Source: a virus
Taxonomy: Duplodnaviria > Heunggongvirae > Uroviricota > Caudoviricetes
Reading direction: 5' to 3' (one strand)
Length of the DNA: 32,586 nucleotides
Virus record (IMG/VR): IMGVR_UViG_2690316104_000008
Location: 1-32,586 of that record
In this document: one piece after another, positions 8,697 through 17,920 of the stretch
Position numbering within the stretch: position 1 is the stretch's first letter
Layout: each line of letters starts with the position of its first letter
The notes under the pieces: model-generated
Seen by the model: only the letters and a program-made list of their open reading frames with translations
Told to the model about the DNA's origin: nothing
Database searches by the model: none
Translations under genes and position numbers: made by a program

Positions 8697-10015
8697 TATG
8701 CAGCCCTCACAATATAGTTAAATGCAATATTCCTTGGTCGAACCCTAAAACCAGCCCCTGCGCCTGCTCCAGTTGGTGGCAATTCGATAGAGGGGTATGC
8801 TGTTGCAGGGGAATATAAACCTTCACGGGAATCATAATCAGTCGTCATATAGTTAGACGTATTATCAGAAACAGTTTCTGTCGGTCTGGTAACCAGACGA
8901 TAAGAGCCAGTGGTTGATGACCTGACCAGACCAAAACTTTCAACCAGAGTAGCTTTTTGAAAGCTTAATAATCCCCGACCACTGTCAGCTCCGCGCCCAT
9001 CATCCCAGCCACGAATAAACTCACCGCGTAAATCAGGCAGTTTATTTGTCGGATAAGCCTTTGCCAGTTTAGGATATTCAACGGCAGAAAATGCCGCACC
9101 GTTGCATTTCAGCCAGCCTGTTGGCGGAGTGGCGGAAGGCCACGGAACAGGCACACCCGCGGGTAATGCCGAACCTTCTCCCAAACCAAGGTATGCGAGA
9201 AGACCGGCAATATCCTTTCCACTCAAATGAGTCAGCGTCTCATCCAGTGGCTGCTTACCTGACAGCGCATTGTTAATGGTGGTACTGAATTTCGGGTCAT
9301 TGTTAATGGCTGCGGCAATTTCTTTCAGTGTGTCCAGCGTGGCTGGCGCGCCGTTAATCAGAGCGGTAATAGCGGCCTGAACAAACTCAGTGGTCGCAAT
9401 CCGCTTGGTGTTATTTCCTGCGGCAGGCGTCGGCGCTTTTGGTTCTCCGGTAAATGTCGGATTATGTTTCTGCGCATACTGGGTATGAGGATCCTGTGCG
9501 GCAATGTGGTTTCTCATCTGGTCATCCACATACAGCCTTAATTCCAGGACTTCATCATCCACGTATTTACGGGTCGCCAGTACCACCGACGGGTCGATTT
9601 TCAGCGTAATAGCTTCGGTATTCGTGACAACCAGAATCATGCGGATAGTCTGGGTACGACCACTGCCTTCCTGCAACTGCGGTTTGTACGTTTCCGGGCA
9701 GTTCGCCACCGCAATGAGTACGCCTTCATCATCATAAAGCCCAATCTCACGGATCCAGAATCCGCCCTCGTTCTCAGGGATGATTTGCTCCGCAATAATC
9801 TGGCTCTGGTTGTTCGGGTCAACACTCAGAAGATTCAGCGGTGCAATGCGTTTCTGATTAATCAGTTTTGTCTGTGCCGGGTCTGGTGTCGGCAAGACAC
9901 CATTCGCATCACCAACGGCCATTTGCGTCAGATTCAGCTTACTGCCGAGCATCGTCGCGTTAGCCAGCCGTGCTGCGCCCTGATTAGTCAGAATGGCGTA
10001 GTATTTCACTGTCAT
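8696..10015 (-). CDS. H: Tail fibre protein H; constant N-terminal part 9190..10015 fused to variable C-terminal part 8696..9175 in this orientation
   Basis: 439 aa between I and G; crossover site lies inside the coding sequence; Gly-rich C-terminal region. Confidence 0.85.
   Translation of the reverse strand: MTVKYYAILTNQGAARLANATMLGSKLNLTQMAVGDANGVLPTPDPAQTKLINQKRIAPLNLLSVDPNNQSQIIAEQIIPENEGGFWIREIGLYDDEGVLIAVANCPETYKPQLQEGSGRTQTIRMILVVTNTEAITLKIDPSVVLATRKYVDDEVLELRLYVDDQMRNHIAAQDPHTQYAQKHNPTFTGEPKAPTPAAGNNTKRIATTEFVQAAITALINGAPATLDTLKEIAAAINNDPKFSTTINNALSGKQPLDETLTHLSGKDIAGLLAYLGLGEGSALPAGVPVPWPSATPPTGWLKCNGAAFSAVEYPKLAKAYPTNKLPDLRGEFIRGWDDGRGADSGRGLLSFQKATLVESFGLVRSSTTGSYRLVTRPTETVSDNTSNYMTTDYDSREGLYSPATAYPSIELPPTGAGAGAGFRVRPRNIAFNYIVRAA
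9176..9201. repeat. Invertase crossover site, right (inside H)
   Basis: Inverted match to 7312..7337; 14-bp perfect arm 9176..9189. Confidence 0.65.
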
Positions 10016-10623
10016 GCGTTTACTCTCAGGTTATCAATTAAATGAATGGCCGAGGCCGGGAAATAATCCCCTCCGACAATAATGGCCTCCGGGGTGTAGG
10101 GATAAACCGTCAGGGCGTCGCCGTGATAGCATCCCGCACCGGCAAAAATGTTGCCGTTTGTACTTAAACTGATAGCCAGTCCCGTCAGATGGCGGCTTGC
10201 CGGTTTTGCATCAGCAACGAGGCGCTCCAGCTCCTGATACATTTCTTCGGTAATACCCTGCTCAAGCACGCCAACAACGATACGGAACGTCCCCGGCTCC
10301 TCGTTGAGCTGCCACCACTCCCTTACCTCAATCAGATAGCCGAGCGGCTCCACCACACGCCGGATTGCGCCTATAGTGCCCTTATGGCAGTGAATGAAAT
10401 ACGCATCGCGGATAACAGCGCGTTTTGTCGCTTCCGGCCATTTATCATCCCAGCGGTCAACCGAAAATGACCACGCCAGCCACGGCAGCAGATTTGCCGG
10501 GCAGGTATCCGGGTTCCACAGCTCACGAATACTGACCGGCGTTTTTTCAATTTCCGCACAGGCTTTTGCGGCGGCAACTTCAAGCGGTGATGAGCCGGTC
10601 GGCAGCAGTCGCGAATCACTCAT
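10012..10623 (-). CDS. I: Baseplate assembly protein I
   Basis: Synteny between J and H; 203-aa ORF (P2 gpI is about 176 aa, so true start may be internal). Confidence 0.8.
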   Translation of the reverse strand: MSDSRLLPTGSSPLEVAAAKACAEIEKTPVSIRELWNPDTCPANLLPWLAWSFSVDRWDDKWPEATKRAVIRDAYFIHCHKGTIGAIRRVVEPLGYLIEVREWWQLNEEPGTFRIVVGVLEQGITEEMYQELERLVADAKPASRHLTGLAISLSTNGNIFAGAGCYHGDALTVYPYTPEAIIVGGDYFPASAIHLIDNLRVNA

Positions 10624-11524
10624 CCGAGCCTCCGGTCACGACGCGGTATTCGGTACAGAAAGACGCCTGCGTATTGTTGAGCACGATGTCGGCCAGCGGT
10701 GCAGCCAGTTCGACACGCTGCACACCTTCCACATGCAAAGCGGCATAAATGGCAGACAGACGGATGTCGCGCCCCAGCCGGTGCTGTGCCGTGATGTATG
10801 CTTCCAGTTTTTTCACGGCGGCCGCGCGGATGGGTTCGCTTTCGGGACCAGGGTAAAGGTAAAGCGTGGCGTTTATCTGGTATTCAACAATGGCGGCAGA
10901 CTGCACGGTCACGTGGTCGGCCACCGGTCTGACGTCCTCGCCATTCAGGGCGTTACGCACCACGGCCAGCAGGTCTTCGGATGCGATACCGTTATTTTCA
11001 CGTGACAGCACAGAGATGGTGACGCAGGCCGGAGACGGACTGGTGACAGAAATATCGGCGACACGCCCGTCGGCACTGCGTCCATGATACTGATAGGCTC
11101 CCACTGACCCGGCGACGCTTAAGCCCTCAAAAGCCTGCTGAATACGCAGACGATAATCGGTGTCAGATTCCATCACTGCCGGTGTCGGCGGGATAGTCGA
11201 ATCATCTGCCGGGGTGATAATCAGGCGCGTGGTGTTGTAATTGGCACCAATCACATCAAGGTCATTACCGGCGGCACAGGCCAGCATCACCGCCCGTGCG
11301 GCCTCATTCACACGCTGACGCCAGATAAGCTCACGATAAGCATTTTCCTCCAGCAGTTTGACGAGAGGCTCAGATTCCAGCGTCAGGGTACGGGCGACCG
11401 CCTCCTGCTGGTCTTCCGGGTAAAGGGAAATCAGTGTCGCCTTGCGTTCGGCAAGAATGGTTTCAAAGTCCAGCTCCTCGACCACATCCGGTGCGGGTAG
11501 CTGATTCAGGTCGATAATCGGCAT
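10616..11524 (-). CDS. J: Baseplate assembly protein J
   Basis: 302 aa as P2 gpJ; synteny. Confidence 0.9.
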   Translation of the reverse strand: MPIIDLNQLPAPDVVEELDFETILAERKATLISLYPEDQQEAVARTLTLESEPLVKLLEENAYRELIWRQRVNEAARAVMLACAAGNDLDVIGANYNTTRLIITPADDSTIPPTPAVMESDTDYRLRIQQAFEGLSVAGSVGAYQYHGRSADGRVADISVTSPSPACVTISVLSRENNGIASEDLLAVVRNALNGEDVRPVADHVTVQSAAIVEYQINATLYLYPGPESEPIRAAAVKKLEAYITAQHRLGRDIRLSAIYAALHVEGVQRVELAAPLADIVLNNTQASFCTEYRVVTGGSDE

Positions 11525-11528
11525 GGTT

Positions 11529-11876
11529 TCAACTCACAGGAATGGTTAACGAAAGTGGCTGGCCGGTGTCGTTGTGCTGACCGGTTAACGTGACCGTCAT
11601 TCGCCCGTCAAAACTGCGCGCCGTGGTGACGGATGACAGGGTGACGCGGGGTTCCCATTTCAGCACCGCCATGTAACAGGCGACCTTAATCTGCAACTCA
11701 AGCGCCGGGGTCTGCGGCTGGTCAATCATTGATGCCAGCAACGAGCCGTAATCACGACGCATCACCCGTGAGCCGACCGGTGTACGCAGGATATCGCCGA
11801 TACTCTGGCTAATATGCTCAAGGTCAGTGACAGTCAGGCCATCACTGCGATTCATTCCGAGATAACGCGCTGTCAT
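11529..11876 (-). CDS. W: Baseplate wedge protein W
   Basis: 115 aa as P2 gpW; synteny. Confidence 0.9.
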   Translation of the reverse strand: MTARYLGMNRSDGLTVTDLEHISQSIGDILRTPVGSRVMRRDYGSLLASMIDQPQTPALELQIKVACYMAVLKWEPRVTLSSVTTARSFDGRMTVTLTGQHNDTGQPLSLTIPVS

Positions 11877-12508
11877 AGAGGTCCCCCTGTTGTGCCGCCA
11901 CTGTCGCCGGGGTGTTTATGGGTATGCAGTACCTTACCGTTTGATGAGAGTTCACCGCCGGTGTGTTCAATGTTGCCGCGCATCGTCCCGCCCTTCTGCA
12001 CTTCCAGCGTGCCGGTAATCAGCCTGTTGGTGCAGACCACCTCCGGTGTGTCCAGGGTGACGCGGGTTGATGCTTTCACCATGACCACCGGCACCGTGGC
12101 AGTAACAGAATCAGAAGCCGTCACGCTGGCCGTTTTAATTCCGCTTACCGTAAGTGCACTGGTTTCGGGTTCATACTCAATCACCGCCCCGTCAGGGAAA
12201 CGGATATGCAGGGCATCCGCCGACGCAGACGGCGCGTGGTTATCGCCGGAATAAATCCCCGGCAGAACGAATGCCGTGTCGAGTTCACCGCCCACGGCCA
12301 GAATCAGCACCTGTTCCCCCACGGAAGGTGCCCACCATGTGCGCGAACGACCGGCGCGATGGGTCAGCCACTGAAGCCAGTCGGTGCACATGCCGCCGGT
12401 CTGCACACGGCAGCGACCGGCGTTAAGGTCGGTTTCGACGATAATGCCGGTGCGGATCATGTTACGCAGTGCGCGCGCGAGTTCCTGAATATTTGCGAGA
12501 GTGTTCAT
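11873..12508 (-). CDS. V: Baseplate spike/hub protein V
   Basis: 211 aa as P2 gpV; ATGA overlap with W. Confidence 0.9.
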   Translation of the reverse strand: MNTLANIQELARALRNMIRTGIIVETDLNAGRCRVQTGGMCTDWLQWLTHRAGRSRTWWAPSVGEQVLILAVGGELDTAFVLPGIYSGDNHAPSASADALHIRFPDGAVIEYEPETSALTVSGIKTASVTASDSVTATVPVVMVKASTRVTLDTPEVVCTNRLITGTLEVQKGGTMRGNIEHTGGELSSNGKVLHTHKHPGDSGGTTGGPL

Positions 12509-12574
12509 AACGGGAAGGATGCCGCCGGGTCATACCGGCGGCAATGTGACGATGAGGTGTCAGGAATGGCACAA

Positions 12575-13027
12575 CTAACGGTCGAGGTGAGCCAGGATAA
12601 TCTCTTCAATCATCTGCACATCCTCACCGGTAAAGCCGAGCAGAGGACGCGCCGGATAATCAATTTTCTTACCGTCTTTCCGGTTTTCTTCCGACAGACC
12701 GAACTGATGCACACTGGCGATTTTCGGTGACTTCCCGCCGTAAAATTCCATTGATGCCTGCTCCGGGCTGGCGCGGATATGCAAAAAACGACTGGTGATA
12801 AGTTTCGCAAACATTTTTCGCTTAACACGACCGGTCTTTTTTCTGGCGCTCTGCTGCTGGCGTGGCGCGTAGGGTGTGCCGTCCGGGGCTTTCTGAGCCA
12901 TCACCCGACGCTGCTGACTCTGTCGCAGACGTTTTGCCAGTTCGGCGCTCAGTCGCCGACGCCCTGACGGTGACAGCGACTCAATCAGTCCGGTCAGCCG
13001 GTCTTCAAAACGCTTAAACTCATTCAT
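12575..13027 (-). CDS. S: Tail completion protein S
   Basis: 150 aa as P2 gpS; synteny. Confidence 0.85.
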   Translation of the reverse strand: MNEFKRFEDRLTGLIESLSPSGRRRLSAELAKRLRQSQQRRVMAQKAPDGTPYAPRQQQSARKKTGRVKRKMFAKLITSRFLHIRASPEQASMEFYGGKSPKIASVHQFGLSEENRKDGKKIDYPARPLLGFTGEDVQMIEEIILAHLDR

Positions 13028-13487
13028 CCCACTTGCTCACCAGTTCGCCATTGATATAAAGCTCCACCGGGCGGGTGACCGGCTCCGGCGGCGGGGGTTC
13101 CGGGATATTCTTCACATGCAGTGCGCCGTCCACCTCACTGACCAGCGTGCGCTCGGTCAGCATCAGGCTGATGCTGATATCAAAGCTGCTGTCATTGTTG
13201 ATGTCTGCATAAAACGTGAATCCCTTTTTCTGGCCTGCGTCGGTGGTCATGATGTCGGGCTGATTTTCCCGCAGCCACGCCAGCACCGGCACGATGAGCA
13301 GGTCAAAATCACCGGTAAAGTCGGTCACAATCACATTGAGCGTGTAACGCTTTTCGAATGACAGCGACGTCGCCAGTGTGGAGGCAATACTCCCGTTATC
13401 CACGAATATCCGCAGCATATCGGGGTTAGTTTTCAGCACCGTGACGGCATCAGTCAGCGCCCTGCGCAGGCTGTCGGGTTTGAGCAT
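13020..13487 (-). CDS. R: Tail completion protein R
   Basis: 155 aa as P2 gpR; synteny. Confidence 0.85.
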   Translation of the reverse strand: MLKPDSLRRALTDAVTVLKTNPDMLRIFVDNGSIASTLATSLSFEKRYTLNVIVTDFTGDFDLLIVPVLAWLRENQPDIMTTDAGQKKGFTFYADINNDSSFDISISLMLTERTLVSEVDGALHVKNIPEPPPPEPVTRPVELYINGELVSKWDE

Positions 13488-13740
13488 CGTTTTCGTCCTG
13501 ACAGTGTTTAATCATTTTTACCTGGCTGGCACAGCGCGCCAGCGCGTTCTCAAGCTGCCGGATATCGGCACTTAAATCACCGTTCGTCTCCGGGTCACTG
13601 CCCGGCATCGGGCAAAGGCTCACTTTCGGGCAGGCGTTGTGGACAATCACTGGCGTCGGTGCAGGCCGGGCGCTGGTGCAACCGGCGCACAGCATCAGGC
13701 AGGTCAGCACCGTACCAGCGGCGAAAATCTTCGTTCTCAT
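13450..13740 (-). CDS. lysC: LysC, o-spanin (Rz1-like outer-membrane lipoprotein), 96 aa, overlapping lysB out of frame
   Basis: MRTKIFAAGTVLTCLMLCAGC lipobox signal; Pro-rich mature part; overlaps the lysB 3' end and extends past it. Confidence 0.7.
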   Translation of the reverse strand: MRTKIFAAGTVLTCLMLCAGCTSARPAPTPVIVHNACPKVSLCPMPGSDPETNGDLSADIRQLENALARCASQVKMIKHCQDENDAQTRQPAQGAD

Positions 13741-14020
13741 TAAGTAACCTCGTGATGGTTTTCTCGCGCTGTGCTTCACGCTTCGCGGCGTTCTCCAGTT
13801 CCTGACGCAGTGCCACCTGCGCCAGCTCGTTTTTGTCTGCCCTGGTAAGGGCAACATGAAGCTGGTTTTTCAGCATGGTGATGGTCGTCTGCTGTTCACT
13901 GGCGACGTTGTTCGCCCTGTCCAGCGAGGCGCGCAGGCTGGCGTTTTCATGCTTTGCCAGAAACAGCCCCGCCACCGCCAGCGATAACAACACGACCAGC
14001 ACAATCATCAGCTTTGACAT
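13595..14020 (-). CDS. lysB: LysB, i-spanin (Rz-like)
   Basis: 141 aa; N-terminal transmembrane helix then coiled-coil periplasmic domain; synteny. Confidence 0.8.
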   Translation of the reverse strand: MSKLMIVLVVLLSLAVAGLFLAKHENASLRASLDRANNVASEQQTTITMLKNQLHVALTRADKNELAQVALRQELENAAKREAQREKTITRLLNENEDFRRWYGADLPDAVRRLHQRPACTDASDCPQRLPESEPLPDAGQ

Positions 14021-14433
14021 AATTCCCGCCCCTCAAGACGCTGACGACAGGCTTTACGTATCAGCCGGAAGAACACCGACGCCACGAGATAAATCAGCGC
14101 GGTAAAAATCCACCCGGCGGCGACCAGCGCGATAAACGTCGCCACCATCACCACCAGAGCCGCCGCCCGTCTGCGCCACGGCACCGGCTGCAAAAACAGC
14201 GCCGTGACAATCTTCACGGCCAGCGATTCCGGCGGCAGCTCCCGCCCGTAGCGTTCCAGCACATACTCAGTGGCATACACGCCGACACCACCGGCAACCA
14301 CACAGATAACCGTCGCCAGAATCGCCCAGGCAGCGACAAAACTGACGGCCACGCTCTGCGGGTAAATCAGGGACAGTGCCAGCATCAGCGCCAGCGACAC
14401 GTTCAGCATCAGTGAAAGGGATAATTTCTTCAT
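14008..14433 (-). CDS. lysA: LysA, lysis timing membrane protein
   Basis: 141 aa, several predicted transmembrane helices; between K and lysB. Confidence 0.75.
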   Translation of the reverse strand: MKKLSLSLMLNVSLALMLALSLIYPQSVAVSFVAAWAILATVICVVAGGVGVYATEYVLERYGRELPPESLAVKIVTALFLQPVPWRRRAAALVVMVATFIALVAAGWIFTALIYLVASVFFRLIRKACRQRLEGRELCQS

Positions 14434-14447
14434 GGTGTTTACTCCGT

Positions 14448-14945
14448 TTAAGCCGGTACGCCGCCGGCGGTACGCCAGACGGTGACCAGTTTTTCCAGTG
14501 AATGCTCACGCTGACCGTAACCGGCACCCGGCAGGGACGCCCAGATATTGCGACAGCGTGAAATGGCGCGCTCAATGCGTCCCGCCCGGATGTCATCCAG
14601 TGCACCGCGTTCGCGGATCAACTGAATGGCGAGCCTGTCCTGTGACAACGGACTGAAATCCGGCAGGGCAAGCTGTTTGCGGTAATGCGGCCAGAACAGG
14701 TAAAGCTGCTGATAGCGACCGGAGGCCGTGGATTTTTCACCGCGACGGTTAAACACCTTCGCCGGTCGGCCATGCGCGAACGGGTGGTCACTGTAGTCGG
14801 TGAAAATTTCCGGCTTCCCGTCCAGTCCGGTGACTATCACGTCATAGCCCCGGTTTTTCGTCAGCGGATGATTCGCCGTCCCTTCGGACACGGCCAGCAT
14901 GTCGAGAAAGGCGGCGATATTCTGATGCGTGTTAATTACCGGCAT
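14448..14945 (-). CDS. K: Endolysin K (lysozyme-like)
   Basis: 165 aa as P2 gpK; follows holin; synteny. Confidence 0.85.
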   Translation of the reverse strand: MPVINTHQNIAAFLDMLAVSEGTANHPLTKNRGYDVIVTGLDGKPEIFTDYSDHPFAHGRPAKVFNRRGEKSTASGRYQQLYLFWPHYRKQLALPDFSPLSQDRLAIQLIRERGALDDIRAGRIERAISRCRNIWASLPGAGYGQREHSLEKLVTVWRTAGGVPA

Positions 14946-15226
14946 TACTGTTTCCCCCTGCCCTTAAAGCGGCGCTGAATGGCAATCTCAATCACCTGAT
15001 AACCGGCGATACCCAGCATGGAGCCGATGCCGCACACCGCAGGCAGTGACAGGTCAGGAAACTGCACCAGAACAACACCGGCAACCATCGAGACAAAACC
15101 ACCGAGCAACATGCGCCCGATAAACAGACGCGGGGTGATGGGTTCACCACCGGCAAGCACCTTGCCGACAACAATCAGCACCCCAATCATGAAAAGCGAC
15201 AGGACGCTTTTTTCTTCTGCTGTCAT
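14945..15226 (-). CDS. Y: Holin Y
   Basis: 93 aa, hydrophobic helices with charged C-terminus RRFKGRGKQ; synteny. Confidence 0.85.
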   Translation of the reverse strand: MTAEEKSVLSLFMIGVLIVVGKVLAGGEPITPRLFIGRMLLGGFVSMVAGVVLVQFPDLSLPAVCGIGSMLGIAGYQVIEIAIQRRFKGRGKQ

Positions 15227-15229
15227 GCG

Positions 15230-15433
15230 TTACTCCCACAGATTGACAGTTTCAGCCACGGGCGCGGTCTGAACGTCGGGCAGTTCGACGGCGGTGCCGT
15301 GTGGCAGCACCGCGCCCAGTTCAGCCAGTCCCGGATTTGCGGCGAGCACGGTCTCAACCACGCCCTCAGTGCGCCCGTAATACCGGACACAAATGGCGTC
15401 GAGCGTGTCGCCCTGTAGCGCAAAGGTCTTCAT
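15230..15433 (-). CDS. X: Tail protein X, 67 aa
   Basis: Internal start MKTFALQGDTLDAICVRYYG gives P2 gpX length; start overlaps L stop by 1 nt. Confidence 0.8.
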   Translation of the reverse strand: MKTFALQGDTLDAICVRYYGRTEGVVETVLAANPGLAELGAVLPHGTAVELPDVQTAPVAETVNLWE

Positions 15434-15942
15434 CAGATTTGACTCACGATGCAGCGCGGCTTGTCCTGGATACGCGCCACCGCCCAGCGCATATCCCGCC
15501 ACAGCTCATCAATGGTGCTGTCAATGCTGTCGGCCTTCTTGTCGCCTTTCGCACTGGCATCCACGCCGCGGTAACGCTCATAAAGCGACGCGGTCGCCAT
15601 CGCACACACGGCGCGCTCGTAGTAAAAAACTTTGATGCTTTCACCGTCGATGTCGTCCGCCGGAACGTCCACCAGACGCGTAAAACCGGCGGCAATTTTC
15701 TGTTCGCGGTACTCGTACAGCTCCGCATTCGTCTCCGCCATGCCTGACTTGATAGCCTCACGCAGACGGGCGGGGGCGACGGTCTGCTCAAGGCGCATAC
15801 GTTCCCGGACGCGCTTCGGGTCGATATCGGGAAAAAAGAACGTGTTTTTAATCACCGGCTCGTCGCCTGCCGGTTGCGGGATGACCACCGTACCCTCACC
15901 GGACACGGGAGCCTCCTTTCGCGGAATAATCAGCGTCATCAT
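15433..15942 (-). CDS. L: Head completion/stabilisation protein L, 169 aa
   Basis: From MMTLIIPRK, matching P2 gpL length; synteny. Confidence 0.85.
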   Translation of the reverse strand: MMTLIIPRKEAPVSGEGTVVIPQPAGDEPVIKNTFFFPDIDPKRVRERMRLEQTVAPARLREAIKSGMAETNAELYEYREQKIAAGFTRLVDVPADDIDGESIKVFYYERAVCAMATASLYERYRGVDASAKGDKKADSIDSTIDELWRDMRWAVARIQDKPRCIVSQI

Positions 15943-16041
15943 GACTACCTCTGAAAAGTCGGGCGGTGGACGCCGGTGCAGTGTCAGGTGATTCACCCTC
16001 ACTGACCGGCGTGCCGCCCTGGCGCGGGGCGCATTCGGTTG

Positions 16042-16785
16042 TTAACTGGCTTTCTTTTTCGGGCGTCCACGTTTTGCCGGTGTCACGCTCCGGGTCTTAC
16101 GCGGGGTACGGGTGGCCGCTTTGGGCTGCGGCTCCGGCTTCGGTTTCAGCTCCCGCTCCAGTCGTTCAATCTCTTTTTTGACGCCTGCCTGACAGTCGAG
16201 CTGTGTCGCACGTTGCAGGTGAGCCAGCGCACCGGCGGCATCACCACCGTCACGCAGAAACAGACCGGTGATTTTGTGCAGCTTTGCGCGCACTTCATCA
16301 GGCATGTCAGCCGTGGCGGTCAGTTCAAGGGTCTCCGTCAGCAGGCGGGTATCCACAGACTCACCGGCAGCGTGAGCGCGCATGGCCGCGAGCGCCACCT
16401 CCTCGGTGAACATGTACGGCGGGGTGCGGCGGTGTTTACCCGGCATGGTCAGACCGTACTTCAGGGCATAACGGGCAATCTCCAGCGCACCGGCAATATC
16501 GCCGGTATCCAGACGCCACAGCATGACCGTCATCAGAATGTCATCCTGTGCACCTTTGCCCTGCTCCAGCACGCCGTTCACCCACGGCAACCAGAACGGC
16601 AGCAGTTCGCGTTTTTTCGCTGCCTTCAGCTCTTTTGAATAAATCGCTTTCAGTGTGCGCTGGTCTGCGGCCAGCTTGACCAGCATCTGCTCATAGACAG
16701 TTGCATGTCGCAGCGGGGCGGCTTCCCGCTGCGCGGTCATCGCTGCCGAGACCCGCATCATGTGGCGCTGTGCGGGACTCGTCAT
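16042..16785 (-). CDS. M: Terminase endonuclease (small) subunit M
   Basis: 247 aa as P2 gpM; basic C-terminus; synteny. Confidence 0.9.
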   Translation of the reverse strand: MTSPAQRHMMRVSAAMTAQREAAPLRHATVYEQMLVKLAADQRTLKAIYSKELKAAKKRELLPFWLPWVNGVLEQGKGAQDDILMTVMLWRLDTGDIAGALEIARYALKYGLTMPGKHRRTPPYMFTEEVALAAMRAHAAGESVDTRLLTETLELTATADMPDEVRAKLHKITGLFLRDGGDAAGALAHLQRATQLDCQAGVKKEIERLERELKPKPEPQPKAATRTPRKTRSVTPAKRGRPKKKAS

Positions 16786-16788
16786 CGG

Positions 16789-17862
16789 TTACGCTCCCGG
16801 CTCTGCGGTCGCCTTAGCCGGTGTGGAGAAATCACCGACCTTAATTTTTTCCACCAGGCAACCGGCGGCGTAGTCTTCCACCACGTAATCAATGTTCATT
16901 GACTCGTAGTTCTCCACGCGGTCGAGTTTCGGGTTTTCCTCAATCACGCGGCGATGGCTGTCATCCATGTAGTAGATGGACAGGTTTTCCAGCTTTGTGA
17001 TGAGCATCGCATCCGCCGGGAAGTACGGTACGCGTACCGCTGGCAGGTTGCCGATGCGTTTCTGGCTGATGATGACGTCAGCGGCCAGCATTTCGCTGTT
17101 GTCCTGCTCCTTGTTAACGATGGGGAAATACTTGTCCGCCAGTAGCTGACGCCCCACAATCACCACAAGGTCAGGGTCTTCCTGATACCACGGCTCAATC
17201 AGGTTGTTGGTCGCATCCATCACCAGTGCGTCAAGGCTGGCATAATCACCGCCCTTACCCACGCGGATGACCTCAGAGGTGGTGTGCCCTTCCTCGTCAG
17301 TGACCTTGCTCATCACGCGCGCCGGGGCTTCATTGCGGTATTTCTGCAGCCAGCCGACCGCCACATCCTGCAGCATCGGATTGCTGCTGCGGTCAGAGGT
17401 TTCTGCACGCTTCACGCCGTTAAAACCGGCCATGATGAAATCAAGGGACTGGCGTTTGATAATGGCGTTACGGATACGGAGCTGGAAATCCTGATAACGC
17501 GCCCACAGGTCCAGCGTTTTGTAGCGGATATAAAAATCGAAGTTAATCTGGTCGCATTCGTACTTGTTAGACGCCAGCTTCGAGAAGTCCTTCGGCTGAC
17601 GCTCGGTGCCACCGGCGGTGTCGGTGGTGCTGGCGATGGAGCCGGTGACACCGATACCAATTTTTTCCCCTTTCATTTCGCTGACCGGCACAATGTTGAT
17701 GCGGGTCAGAAAGTCAGAGGACTCCTGCATGGTGTTCATCAGGGTCTGGGTGACCGACGGTTCAACGGTGAATTTTTTCGACACATCACCGGCGTCGATG
17801 CCGTTCAGTTCGGCAACACGGGACAGGTAGGCATTAAATTTAAAGCGGGTTTCCTGGCGCAT
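16789..17862 (-). CDS. N: Major capsid protein N
   Basis: 357 aa as P2 gpN; synteny. Confidence 0.9.
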   Translation of the reverse strand: MRQETRFKFNAYLSRVAELNGIDAGDVSKKFTVEPSVTQTLMNTMQESSDFLTRINIVPVSEMKGEKIGIGVTGSIASTTDTAGGTERQPKDFSKLASNKYECDQINFDFYIRYKTLDLWARYQDFQLRIRNAIIKRQSLDFIMAGFNGVKRAETSDRSSNPMLQDVAVGWLQKYRNEAPARVMSKVTDEEGHTTSEVIRVGKGGDYASLDALVMDATNNLIEPWYQEDPDLVVIVGRQLLADKYFPIVNKEQDNSEMLAADVIISQKRIGNLPAVRVPYFPADAMLITKLENLSIYYMDDSHRRVIEENPKLDRVENYESMNIDYVVEDYAAGCLVEKIKVGDFSTPAKATAEPGA

Positions 17863-17920
17863 AGTTTTTCCTGAAATTAAGGGTTAATCGTGAAGGTTTT
17901 CCCGGACTGGCTGACGCCGG

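Larger units (their letters stand above)
7324..9189. other. Invertible tail-fibre host-range segment, about 1.87 kb
   Basis: Bounded by inverted crossover sites; carries two oppositely oriented fibre C-terminus plus Tfa sets; adjacent serine invertase. Confidence 0.7.

Noticed and set aside
13450-13857. 135-aa ORF for the lysC frame
   Set aside because: The upstream 39 codons lack a signal peptide; the lipoprotein signal begins at the internal Met (13740), giving the expected 96-aa product.
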